From positions 2,112,001 to 2,176,000 of the forward strand of contig CBDEFM010000002.1 in NCBI GenBank assembly GCA_965237415.1: a DNA stretch of 64,000 nt, in the 5' to 3' direction. The position numbers and the translations under genes are program-made. The stretch comes from Alphaproteobacteria bacterium. Its GTDB lineage: Bacteria > Pseudomonadota > Alphaproteobacteria > UBA828. A model generated the notes under the pieces. That model was not told the DNA's origin. It worked only from the letters and a program-made list of their open reading frames with translations, and searched no databases. Within the stretch, counting starts at the first letter, position 1; each line of letters begins with the position of its first letter. Positions 40,816 to 50,651 of the stretch are shown here, in pieces.

Positions 40816-42243
40816 ATGAGCATAGAACTGGAACAATATGACGCCTTGGGTCTGGCTGAACTCGTGGCGCGTAAGGAAGTTAAGCCGATCGAGCTGGTGG
40901 AAGCAGCGATCGAGCGGATCGAACGCGTCAATCCCGAACTCAACTGCGTGATGTTCAAAAACTATGACGCGGCGCGCGCGGCCGCCGAGCAGCCGCTTCC
41001 CGACGGGCCGTTCACCGGCGTGCCCCTGCTCCTCAAGGATCTGTTGACGGCATACCGGGGCCTCCCGCTGACGGGCGGCTGCCGTTACCTCCAGGACTTC
41101 GTCGCGCCCGACGACAGTGTCATTGCCGAGCGCATCGCCGAGGGCGGCTTCATCCGCCTGGCGAAGACCGTCACGCCTGAGATGGGCTATTGCGTCGCAT
41201 CCGAGCCGCCGCTCTACCCGCCGGCGCGCAACCCGTGGAATCCCGATCATACGCCGGGCGGTTCCAGCGGCGGCTCGGGCGCCGCCGTGGCTGCACGCAT
41301 TCTGCCCCTGGCGACCGCCAACGATGGCGGCGGATCGACCCGCATCCCCGCCTCGAACAACGGCCTGGTGGGGCTCAAGCAGTCGCGTGGCCGCACCACG
41401 ACGGCGCCGCTCTACGCGGATCTCTGGTACGGCTGTGTGGTCGAGGGTTGCGTGTCGCTGAGCGTGCGCGACCACGCGGCCTACCACGACCTGACCCAGT
41501 ATGCCGTACCCGGCGACGCCAACGCGCACGCGCGGCCCGAGACGCCGTTCCTGGACGAAGTCGGCAAGGATCCCGGCCGCCTCAAGATCGGGCTGATCAC
41601 GAAGGCCGCCAACGGACGGCCGGTCCATCCGGAGTGTGTGGCGGCGGCGAACAACGCGGCCAGGCTGTGCGCGTCGATGGGCCACGCGATCGAAGAGGTG
41701 GAGTACAGCTTCGATTTCGATGCGCTGGGGGAGGTCTTTTCGCGCATCGCCTGCGCGGCGACGGCGGCCGGCATCCACAGCCTGGAGCCGGTGATGGGAC
41801 GCCCGCCGGGGGAGGGCGAGCTGGGCAACGTGATCCGGGAGATGGTCGAGCGCGGCGAGCGAATTGGCGCTCCGGCCCTGGCCCAGGACATCGAGGCCAT
41901 GCACATGGTGGGCTGGACCATCGCCGGGAACTGCGCACCCTACGACGTGGTCATCACCCCGACCATGCCCAACCCGCCTCACCGGGTCGGCTACTACGAC
42001 ATGTCCCTGCCGTTCAAGAAGTACAACAACGAGCTCTTGATGCCCGAGGTCGTCTTCACGTTGCCGCACAACGTCAGCGGCCTGCCGGCCATCTCGCTGC
42101 CGCTGCACTGGAGCGCGGACGGCCTGCCCTGCGGCGTGCAATTCATCGCAAGCCACGCAAACGACGCGCTCCTGTTTCGCCTGGCGGCGCGCCTGGAGGA
42201 GGCGCAGCCCTGGTTCGACGCACTACCCCCCGTCCACGCCTGA
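40816..42243 (+). CDS. Amidase signature family enzyme
   Basis: [20 protein letters not shown]. Confidence 0.92.
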   Translation: MSIELEQYDALGLAELVARKEVKPIELVEAAIERIERVNPELNCVMFKNYDAARAAAEQPLPDGPFTGVPLLLKDLLTAYRGLPLTGGCRYLQDFVAPDDSVIAERIAEGGFIRLAKTVTPEMGYCVASEPPLYPPARNPWNPDHTPGGSSGGSGAAVAARILPLATANDGGGSTRIPASNNGLVGLKQSRGRTTTAPLYADLWYGCVVEGCVSLSVRDHAAYHDLTQYAVPGDANAHARPETPFLDEVGKDPGRLKIGLITKAANGRPVHPECVAAANNAARLCASMGHAIEEVEYSFDFDALGEVFSRIACAATAAGIHSLEPVMGRPPGEGELGNVIREMVERGERIGAPALAQDIEAMHMVGWTIAGNCAPYDVVITPTMPNPPHRVGYYDMSLPFKKYNNELLMPEVVFTLPHNVSGLPAISLPLHWSADGLPCGVQFIASHANDALLFRLAARLEEAQPWFDALPPVHA

Positions 42244-42486
42244 GGCCTCGGCGCTCTGACCTCGCAGGCATTGGTATCGCCGCTGCGAGTACCGCGTGCA
42301 GCAACGGGATTGGATCAGCCGGGCAATGGAACCGATATCTACCAACCTCGTCGCTATGGTTTTTCCAGTTGACCGGTTGCCGCGAGCCGGCGAGTCAGGC
42401 TCTGAATCGATTCGAGCAGGGTCTTCGCATAAGGCTCGTGAGCCCGACGAGGTCGTTCCATACGAGATAGATCAGCTCGCCGCTCG

Positions 42487-43386
42487 TCACGGTCCTTTTT
42501 CCTCGGGGCCTTGCGGGAATTCTTGATCGTCCCAGGTATATCCCTTGCGCAGGTGCTCAAGCGTCGAGATCCGCTGGCGGGTGGCGTCGCCGAGCCGACC
42601 CACGATCCCTGCGACCAGCGCCTCGACCAGCGCAATACAGGGCACCAGGGTGTCGTAGGGCGAGGGGGCATCTATATCTACCGTCAGCACCTGGTCGGCG
42701 AGATCGGCGATGGGGGAGAGCCATGGGTCAGTAATGAGCACGATCGTGCCGCCCCGCTTCTTGGCGGCCTCGGCAAGAGCGATCGTATCCTTCTGATAAC
42801 GGCGCACATCGAACATCACGACCACGTCCCGACGACAAACGTCGAGCAGGGCATCGGCCCTTCCCTGAGGGGTGTAGGCGATGACGCGCGCGCGGGGACG
42901 CAGCTGGTAGAGGTGGGCGTGCAACATCTCTGCACAGGCTTGCGTGAAGCGCCCCCCGCTGGTGTAGACCGTCCGCCGACGGTCCGCGAGAAGGGCGACC
43001 ACCTCATCGAACTCGCCCCGGGGCAGGTTGGCGAAGGTCGATTTGACACTGTGGATGAAGGAATCGCCGGCGATGTCGAGGAGATGTTCGCGGCGTTGCT
43101 CAGGCGGGCTCCGACCATAGAGGCGAAGCGGCGAATCGATGCGCGCGGCCACGTCGCGCTCGAGTGCGCGTTGGAATTCGGCATAGCCGGCGAAGCCGAT
43201 CTTGCTCGCGAACCGCAAGACTGTCGGCCCGCTCACGCCCGAGCGCGCGGCAAGCCCTGCCACGGTGTCGAATCCCGCCATCAGGTTGCTGGCAAACAGC
43301 GCTCTGGCCACCCGCCTCTCTGCCGGTGTCAGGTCGGCCGTCCGCTGGTGGATGAGATCTCCGAGAGTCGTGCCGGGATCGGTCAT
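42487..43386 (-). CDS. RpiR/MurR family regulator
   Basis: LTPAERRVA, VSGPTVLRF..KIGF.GY; SIS domain. Confidence 0.9.
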   Translation of the reverse strand: MTDPGTTLGDLIHQRTADLTPAERRVARALFASNLMAGFDTVAGLAARSGVSGPTVLRFASKIGFAGYAEFQRALERDVAARIDSPLRLYGRSPPEQRREHLLDIAGDSFIHSVKSTFANLPRGEFDEVVALLADRRRTVYTSGGRFTQACAEMLHAHLYQLRPRARVIAYTPQGRADALLDVCRRDVVVMFDVRRYQKDTIALAEAAKKRGGTIVLITDPWLSPIADLADQVLTVDIDAPSPYDTLVPCIALVEALVAGIVGRLGDATRQRISTLEHLRKGYTWDDQEFPQGPEEKGP

Positions 43387-43699
43387 GGCTGGCCCCACGT
43401 GTAATACCTATTATATTTCTGGCCACCTATTACACGACTGTGAGAAATTTCAATGTTCTGATCCTGTGTCCCAATGGCGTGAACGCCGACCCGAGGGCGT
43501 GATTCAGCACTCAGATCAGGACTCGCAAGTCACTTCGGTCGACTTCGGCATGCGTTGCCGAGCCTCCGGCGTCCGTCCGTTCACCGGGTCGGTCGGAGCG
43601 GTTAGATGCGGCGGGAAAGCGCCGAGCAGGCGGTGACCTTGGGGGCCCAAGAGGCCTATCCTTGCGAGTTGAGCGGCGCGTGACCCGCCAACATCTTGG

Positions 43700-43905
43700 G
43701 TATCGATCCCCTCCCGGTGCCGTGTCGCGGCAGGATAGATGGTCTCCCGCTCCGGCCGGTCGTCGACCAGCAGGAAGGCCCGGTCGACGGTCAGCCCCTG
43801 GGCCGAGGCGATGGTCATCGCATAGCCGTAGTCGAGGCGGATGTTGTCGTGAAAGTCGCGGATCTCGTCGTGCTGGAACCTCACCTACCGCCCGTCGTCG
43901 GTGCG
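43700..43905 (-). pseudogene. Conjugative relaxase/helicase TraA C-terminal remnant
   Basis: LDYGYAMTIASAQGLTVDRA...YPAATRHRE helicase motifs V/VI. Confidence 0.7.
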
Positions 43906-44109
43906 GGCGGTGATAACAACGGAGGGCTGTCGGGTCGCTGCGAACGGACTATCTGATGGGTTCTCAGTCACCCGTCCGGCCCATCCCGGCTTGGCCGAAG
44001 GCTTGCAAACGAGCCGCCGTCTATCGCGGATCCGTAGTCTGGAAGTACCTGGACGGACCTGCAGAGAGATTCCTTGTGATTCCCAATCACGGATCAAAGC
44101 AAGTGGGAC

Positions 44110-44153
44110 AAAGAAAAACGCCTCTAACGGGCTGACTTAGATGCGTTTTCTTT
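44110..44153. terminator. Hairpin/terminator downstream of the tRNA fragment
   Basis: AAAGAAAAACGCCTCTAA...TTAGATGCGTTTTCTTT imperfect inverted repeat. Confidence 0.5.
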
Positions 44154-44197
44154 GGTTGCGGGGGTAGGATTTGAACCTACGACCTTCAGGTTATGAG
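44153..44197 (-). other. 3' half of tRNA-Met(CAT), integration att site
   Basis: rc CTCATAACCTGAAGGTCGTAGGTTCAAATCCTACCCCCGCAACCA; 5' half absent; 8 bp from the integrase stop. Confidence 0.88.
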
Positions 44198-44205
44198 AAA
44201 GAGAA

Positions 44206-45405
44206 TCAAACAGCATCCGAGCGCACCTTTTCCTCCAGGAGATGGGCGCCGATGCTGGCTGCAATCCTGGCAGCTGAGTCCCTGACCGAGTCTCGCGTCA
44301 GGTGGGCGTAGCGAGCCGTGGTCTCTACCTGTGTGTGCCCGAGTAGCTTTCCGATCACCGGCAGGCTCTCCCCGAGAGCCAGCGCTCGGCTGGCGAAGGA
44401 GTGCCTGAGATCGTGAAGTCGCACATCCTCCAATCCCGCTCGCTTTCGCACAATCTCCCACGGGTCGTTGACGTTCCGCATGTGCGTCCCCGGCTTCTTG
44501 CCGGGGATCACCCAGGGACTGCCAGAAAGACGCGGTAGAGTCGCCAGCACTTGTACCGCCGCCGGAGACAATGGAACGGCGCGCGCACCTGTCTTGGTGT
44601 CCTTCAAGTTAAGCTCGCCCGCATCGAGATCGACGCCTTTCCACCGAAGCGTCAGGATCTCATTGCGGCGGCACCCCGTCAGCATCAGCAGCCGGATCGC
44701 TGCAACCGCGTATGCCGACACTCCGCCCTCCGTCTCCGCCTCGACAAGCACCCGTCCCAGACGACGAAACTCCTCCTCGGTCAGGAAGCGCTCGCGCCTG
44801 CGCTCCTTGTACTTGACAGCGGACCGGCAAGGATTGCGTCCCTCCGGAACCACTCCCCAAGCTTCGGCCATACCGTACACGCGCGACAGTGTATCCACGA
44901 CCCGATTGGCCATGGTGGGGACCTCCCGCAACTTGTAATGCAGGTTGGCGACATGCTCTCGCTCAATCTCCGCCAGGGGCATGTCGCCAAGCGCGGGCAG
45001 GATGTGCTTCTCGATGGTCAGACGGTACATCTCCGCCGTCCTCGCCTTGCAGCGTACTGCAACATGCTCGTCGAGATAGCGCGCCGCGATCTCGGCCACC
45101 GTCGGCCCGCCCTTCGGCTTCGACGCCATCGGCTCGGCGATGGGCTCCTCTCCCGCCTTGATCCGGGCGATGATCAGGGCTGCCCGACGACGTGCCTGGT
45201 CAGCGGTGATGACCCCATGTCTGCCGACCGTGACCCGCTTCGGCCCGTCGGGCCCTCGAGTCTGCACGACGTAGTACTTGCTGCCAGACGCATAGACCCG
45301 CACACCGAAGCCCGTCAGCTCGCGGTCCCAGAACACCGTGTCCTTCTCGACTTCGAGCGCCTCCACCGTGCGCCTGGAGATCGTCGTGTTGTGCAGCTTT
45401 GCCAC
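44206..45405 (-). CDS. Tyrosine integrase with N-terminal arm-binding (DUF4102-like) domain
   Basis: WD.EL.GFGVRV, TGCRRNE, HDLRHS, LLGH...TARY. Confidence 0.93.
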   Translation of the reverse strand: MAKLHNTTISRRTVEALEVEKDTVFWDRELTGFGVRVYASGSKYYVVQTRGPDGPKRVTVGRHGVITADQARRRAALIIARIKAGEEPIAEPMASKPKGGPTVAEIAARYLDEHVAVRCKARTAEMYRLTIEKHILPALGDMPLAEIEREHVANLHYKLREVPTMANRVVDTLSRVYGMAEAWGVVPEGRNPCRSAVKYKERRRERFLTEEEFRRLGRVLVEAETEGGVSAYAVAAIRLLMLTGCRRNEILTLRWKGVDLDAGELNLKDTKTGARAVPLSPAAVQVLATLPRLSGSPWVIPGKKPGTHMRNVNDPWEIVRKRAGLEDVRLHDLRHSFASRALALGESLPVIGKLLGHTQVETTARYAHLTRDSVRDSAARIAASIGAHLLEEKVRSDAV

Positions 45406-45459
45406 GCCGCCACTCCGTCGCCTTGGTTCTGTCCCGTCGATTGTCCGAACCCGTCTACC

Positions 45460-46644
45460 CTACGCCGCAGCCGCATCCTCCGGCATGATGTCGACGCCGA
45501 TGCTGCCGCCGACCTTGGCAGCCGATGCCCTCTCGGTGTCCCGTGCCAAATGAGCGTAGCGGGCGGTGGTCCCGATCTTGGAATGACCCAACAGCCGGCC
45601 GATCATGCTCAGGCTTTCGCCCAGCGCCAGCGCGCGGCTCGCATATGAATGCCGGAGGTCATGGATCCGAACGTCATCCAGCCCGGCCTTCGCCCGCAGA
45701 CGCCGCCACGCCTCGTCCACGTTCGACAGATGAGCGCCCGGTTTCCTGCCGGCGATCACCCAGGGGTTGCCGGGAACGCGCGGGATGCCGGCGAGTACGT
45801 CTTCAACCGTGGGCGTCAGCGGGATCATGCGCGCGCCCGTCTTGGAATCGCGCAACCGGAACTCTCCCGCCGTCCGGTCTACATCGTCCCACCGCAGCGT
45901 GGCGATTTCGTTGCGCCGACAGCCGGTCAAGATCAGCAAGCGGATCGCATGGATCGAATAGGGCCAGACCGAGCCATCTGCCTCGGCCTCATCCAGCACT
46001 CGGCCGAGGCGGCGGTACTCGTCTTCCGTCAGGAACCGCTCGCGCTTATGCTTCTTGTACATGCGCACGGACCGACAGGGATTCATGCCAGGCGGTGCCA
46101 GTCCCCACGCCTCGGCCAGCGAGAACAGCTTGGACAGCACGTTCAGGACATGGTTGGCCTGATAGGGCTTGTCGCGGAGCTTGTAGTGCAGCGCCATGAC
46201 CTGCGCGCGGTCCACCGCGCCGATGGCAAGCGAGCCCAGCTCGGGCACGATGTAGGAATAGAGCGCATGCCGATAGAGCTCCACGGTCTTCGGACGGCAG
46301 TTCACCTTCACATGCCCGCTCATGCAGCGCTCCGCCAGGTCGGCCACCGTGAGCTCGGGCGCCGGCGGAGCGGGGACCGGATCCATGCCACGCTTAATGC
46401 GGTCGATGATCGTCGCCGCTTCCTTGCGGGCCTGCTCGGCGGCGATATCGCCGTGCCGGCCGATGGTCACGCGCTTCGGGCCGCTCGGTCCGCGCGTCTG
46501 CACGACGTAGGTCTTTCGCCCCGTACGATGGACCCTCACCCCGAAACCGGGGAGATCGCAATCCCAGAAGACGGCATCCTTGCTCTTGACGCGGAGGCCG
46601 TCCACGCTGCGTTTGGAGATCTTGAGCTGGCTCCTCTTCGGCAT
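45460..46644 (-). CDS. Tyrosine integrase, tandem paralog
   Basis: Same motifs as 44206-45405. Confidence 0.93.
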   Translation of the reverse strand: MPKRSQLKISKRSVDGLRVKSKDAVFWDCDLPGFGVRVHRTGRKTYVVQTRGPSGPKRVTIGRHGDIAAEQARKEAATIIDRIKRGMDPVPAPPAPELTVADLAERCMSGHVKVNCRPKTVELYRHALYSYIVPELGSLAIGAVDRAQVMALHYKLRDKPYQANHVLNVLSKLFSLAEAWGLAPPGMNPCRSVRMYKKHKRERFLTEDEYRRLGRVLDEAEADGSVWPYSIHAIRLLILTGCRRNEIATLRWDDVDRTAGEFRLRDSKTGARMIPLTPTVEDVLAGIPRVPGNPWVIAGRKPGAHLSNVDEAWRRLRAKAGLDDVRIHDLRHSYASRALALGESLSMIGRLLGHSKIGTTARYAHLARDTERASAAKVGGSIGVDIMPEDAAAA

Positions 46645-46949
46645 GGCCCTTCCCGAACCTCAAATTCTGTGTTCCGGCATGCGGCGCGGGCGTGTAATCA
46701 ATCTGCATACGACCGCAATCGAGTCAGGGCTCATTCAAGCGGACCCGTGTCCTCGACGCAAGGGGTTTCTGATGGCGATGAGGGAGAATATTTGCGTAAT
46801 ATCAGCAGTCTATCGCACTACAGCGTATCCAACTGCGTTCGTGACATACCCACACAAGCTTACACCATCTGTGTCGCGTCCAGGCGTTCGATCCGCCAGG
46901 AGCGGGCCGAAAAGCGTAGCGGGGACTACGGTTGAGGCTCGCGACGCCG

Positions 46950-47235
46950 CGGGCGGGCGCTCGATCACGATGGGATTGGCTGCCATGAGGTCGATCAACG
47001 CGCGGCGGGAGAGGCTTTCGTCGGCCATGCCGGCCTCACGGTAGGCGGCCTCCTTCCCCCGCATCGCCGCGCGAGGCTCCAGGCGGAGCTTCGAGAGCAC
47101 GGCATCGATCTCGTCGGCGGACGGCGGTGTCTTCAGATAGTCCACGATTTCCGGCTCGATGCCCCGGTCCCGCAACAACTGCAATGCTTGACGGGACTTG
47201 GAGCAGCGCGGGTTGTGGTAAATAGTCACCGCCAT
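46950..47235 (-). pseudogene. arsC: Arsenate reductase ArsC (glutaredoxin type), 3'-truncated
   Basis: IYHNPRCSKSR...NPIVIERP, then homology lost (GRP motif missing). Confidence 0.75.
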
Positions 47236-47257
47236 GTCGTCCCTCCCGGTGAATCGC

Positions 47258-49669
47258 ATGGCGGCGGGACTCTGGCACGCGCTTCTGCCGGGTGTCCAGA
47301 GGCCGGCCCTGCACGCCCCGCGCGCACTCGTCGCGGCGGCGGCGCTGCTGCTGGCGGCCCTATGGCTCGCGGCGAGCGCACCGGCGCTCGCGCAGGAGAG
47401 CACGACTAGCGCCGACGCGGCCGATGCCCAGGCCCTCGAGAACCTGGTCGAGACCCTCGAATCGCCGGAGCAGCGAGAACGGTTCCTCGCCGACCTGAAG
47501 GCCGCGCTCGCAGCCCAGCAGGCGGCGGCGGAGAGCGAGGACGCGGAGGGCGCGTCCGCCATGCGCGCGATCTCCGACGGCGTCGCCGTGCTCGGCAAGC
47601 ATATTGTCGAGCTCGCGCGGGAGATCGCGGGCATTCCGGATGCCATCGCCTGGCTCATCGAGCACTGGGGCGAGCCCGACGAGCGCGACGCCTGGCTGAT
47701 CTCCTTCGGCAAGCTCGTCGCCGTCCTCGCCGGCGGGATAATCGCCGGCTTGATCGCCTTCTACGCGCTGACCGCGCTCAGGCGCCGGGTGGAGCGGCGG
47801 GAGGCGCCCTCCCCCTGGCTCCGGCCGCTGCTGCTGCTCTATCACGCCCTGCTCAGGGCGGCGCCCAACCTGATCGCGGCCGGCGTGGCCTACGGCGTCC
47901 TCACAGTCATCGCGCCGGGCGATGCTGTGCGGGTGATCGCGCTCGCGATCATCAACGCCCACCTGATCGTGAGCGTCGTCAAGGCGGCGGGCACCCTGGT
48001 TCTCGCGCCCTACGCGCCGCAGCTCCGCCTCGCCCCGCTCACGGACGAGAACGCCGCCTACTGCTCGGTCTGGTGGCGGCGTCTGGTGAACATCGGGGCC
48101 TACGGCTACGTCTTCTGCCAGGCGGCGCTGCTGCTGGGCCTGCCGGAGAGCGGCTATGCCGCGCTGGTGCGGCTGCTTGGCATCCTCCTGGTCGGGCTCC
48201 TCATCACTCTCATCCTGCAGAACCGCGCGCCGCTCGCGCGCTGGCTGCACGAGACCGGGCGGACCAGCGGCACGCGGGCGCACCTCAGGGTCTTTGCCTT
48301 TCTCGGCAAGCTCGCCGATTTCTGGCACATCCCGGCGATCCTCTACGTCGTCGCCGGCGGGCTGCTGGCGGCTGCGGAGGGGCCGGCGGGCTTCCTCTTC
48401 CTGATCAAGGGGAGCGCCGCGACGATCGTCATCGCCTGGGCGACGGGCTTCGGCTTCGCCGGGGTCCGGCGTGGCTTCGAGCGGGGCTTCCGCATCCGCG
48501 CCGAGCTCCGCGAGCGCAATCCGGGGCTTCAGGCGCGGGTCAACCGCTACCTGCCGGTCGCGCGCCGGACGGCGCAGGCGGTGATCCTGCTGCTGGGGCT
48601 CTGCCTCATCCTCGAAGCATGGAACGCCGACATCTTCACCTGGCTCGCGAGCGACACGGGCCGGGCCGTGATCGCCACCCTCGCCTCCATCGTCGCCATC
48701 GCCGTCATCGCCGTCATCGTGCTGGAGGTGGTAACGACTCTCGTCGACCGCTACCTCACTCAAGTCGACGAGAGGGGCGAGCTGGTGGAGAGAAGCCAGC
48801 GCGCCCGCACGTTGCTGCCGCTCGCGCGCAACGCGCTCCGCGTCGTCGTCGGCGTGATCGCGGCCCTGATGATCCTCTCCGAGATCGGCCTCGACATCGC
48901 GCCCGTGCTCGCCGGCGTGGGCGTCGCCGGCCTCGCCATCGGCTTCGGCGCGCAGACCCTGGTGAAGGACATCATCACCGGGCTCTTCATCCTGCTGGAG
49001 GACAGTGTCGCCGTCGGCGATGTCGTGACTGCCGGCAGCCATACCGGCACGGTCGAGGCGATCACGATCCGCACGATCCGGATGCGGGACCTGCAGGGCC
49101 ACGTGCATACCGTGCCCTACAGCTCGGTCGACACGATCTCCAACATGACCAAGGAGTTCTCCTACTACCTGATCGACATGGGCGTGGCCTATCGCGAGGA
49201 CTACGACGAGGTGGTGGCGGTCATGCGCGAGGTGGGCGCGGCGCTGCAGCAGGACCCCGAGTTCGGCCCCAACATGCTGGAGCCGCTGGAGATCATGGGC
49301 CTCAACAGCTTCGGCGATTCGGCCGTCATGGTCCGCGCCCGGCTCAAGACCAAGCCGCTCAAGCAATGGGCGACCGGGCGGGAATACAACCGCCGCCTCA
49401 AGGCCGCCTTCGACGCACACGGCATCGAGATCCCCTTCCCGCACACCACGATCTACTTCGGCGAAGACAAGCAGGGGCAGGCACCCGCAGGCCGGGTGGT
49501 TATCGAGGATGCAAGGGGGAGCACGGACGCCTCCGCCCCGCCCCACTCTGCCGCTGACGCAGAGGGGGAGAGACGGGCGAAGCAGCGTGACCGCACGCCG
49601 CGCGACCGGATCGGCGATGGACCGGAAGACGCAGGGGGGAGCGGTTCGGGCGACGACGCGCCCGGCTAG
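47258..49669 (+). CDS. Mechanosensitive channel MscS family (YbiO-like, large N-terminus)
   Basis: GLAIGFGAQTLVKD, VGDVV, GIEIPFP; multiple TMs; start uncertain. Confidence 0.9.
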   Translation: MAAGLWHALLPGVQRPALHAPRALVAAAALLLAALWLAASAPALAQESTTSADAADAQALENLVETLESPEQRERFLADLKAALAAQQAAAESEDAEGASAMRAISDGVAVLGKHIVELAREIAGIPDAIAWLIEHWGEPDERDAWLISFGKLVAVLAGGIIAGLIAFYALTALRRRVERREAPSPWLRPLLLLYHALLRAAPNLIAAGVAYGVLTVIAPGDAVRVIALAIINAHLIVSVVKAAGTLVLAPYAPQLRLAPLTDENAAYCSVWWRRLVNIGAYGYVFCQAALLLGLPESGYAALVRLLGILLVGLLITLILQNRAPLARWLHETGRTSGTRAHLRVFAFLGKLADFWHIPAILYVVAGGLLAAAEGPAGFLFLIKGSAATIVIAWATGFGFAGVRRGFERGFRIRAELRERNPGLQARVNRYLPVARRTAQAVILLLGLCLILEAWNADIFTWLASDTGRAVIATLASIVAIAVIAVIVLEVVTTLVDRYLTQVDERGELVERSQRARTLLPLARNALRVVVGVIAALMILSEIGLDIAPVLAGVGVAGLAIGFGAQTLVKDIITGLFILLEDSVAVGDVVTAGSHTGTVEAITIRTIRMRDLQGHVHTVPYSSVDTISNMTKEFSYYLIDMGVAYREDYDEVVAVMREVGAALQQDPEFGPNMLEPLEIMGLNSFGDSAVMVRARLKTKPLKQWATGREYNRRLKAAFDAHGIEIPFPHTTIYFGEDKQGQAPAGRVVIEDARGSTDASAPPHSAADAEGERRAKQRDRTPRDRIGDGPEDAGGSGSGDDAPG

Positions 49670-49837
49670 CGCGTGCTTCCACCGCCGTCGGGACAATCCC
49701 AGCGGCGGCCCGGAGAACTACAAGGTGGGCGACGGTGCAGGACGTGACGGGGGAAGAGGGGCCGGCAAACGTGCCTCGTCGTGCGGCGGCATCGCGCGCA
49801 GCGTTGACTTTGGTAGGCCATTGACCTACATCATGCC

Positions 49838-50119
49838 ATGGAAGTCGAATGGGACGATGCCAAGAGCGATGCCTGTCTCGCGCAGCGCGGCTTCGATTTT
49901 GCCCACGCCATCCGCGCCTTTCTGGATGACGACCGGATCGTCGGCCGGGACCGCCGTTGGGACTACGGCGAGGACCGCTATCGGCTGCTCGGGGCGGTAG
50001 AGGGTCGCGTGTTCGTCGTGATCTACACCGTGCGCGGTTCGGCCATCCGCATCATTTCGGCGCGCAAAGCCAACGGCAAGGAGGTTCGGGAGTATGAGCA
50101 GAACACGCGTCAGGATTGA
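49838..50119 (+). CDS. BrnT family toxin
   Basis: EWDDAK, DYGEDR, IRIISARKAN. Confidence 0.9.
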   Translation: MEVEWDDAKSDACLAQRGFDFAHAIRAFLDDDRIVGRDRRWDYGEDRYRLLGAVEGRVFVVIYTVRGSAIRIISARKANGKEVREYEQNTRQD

Positions 50120-50429
50120 CCCGGACAATCCGCGCAGCCTTCCTCCGGGACGGGTCGATCATGCGGTGCTGGACGCGACGACCGAGGAGGATATCGCGCG
50201 GCAGGCGCGCGATGACGACGCCGAGGCGATGCAGGATATGGCGCGGTTTGCCCGTCGGGTGCGCAGGCGCCTGGGGCTGACACAGGTAGAGTTCGCTCGC
50301 CGCATCGACGTGCCGCACGAGACGATCCGCAACTGGGAGCAAGGCAAACGCGGGCCCACGGGCGCTGCCAGGGCCTTGCTCAGGATTCTCGACAAAGCGC
50401 CCGAGACGGCCCTGCGCGTGCTCGACTGA
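50094..50429 (+). CDS. XRE-HTH antitoxin
   Basis: LGLTQVEFA...NWEQGKRGP.GAARALL; overlaps the toxin. Confidence 0.88.
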   Translation: MSRTRVRIDPDNPRSLPPGRVDHAVLDATTEEDIARQARDDDAEAMQDMARFARRVRRRLGLTQVEFARRIDVPHETIRNWEQGKRGPTGAARALLRILDKAPETALRVLD

Positions 50430-50651
50430 CTTCCGGGAATTGCGCTCCGCTCCGCCTCGTCATTCTGGCCAGGCTCGCATCGCGCTGGACGCCGGCCGTC
50501 CAGGCCGCAGACCCGGTACGATCCTTCAACTCTTCAAACAGAGGCGTGATCCGCCGGGCCAGCGCGTTGACTTGGGCGCAATGCAGCCGCATCGTGCGCC
50601 GCGCACTTGAGCTGGCGCGGCGGGAGAGATCGCGCCCTGGAAGGGGACTCC

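Noticed and set aside
44153-44197. Functional tRNA-Met gene
   Set aside because: Only the anticodon loop to CCA is present; the 5' half is replaced by integrase sequence.
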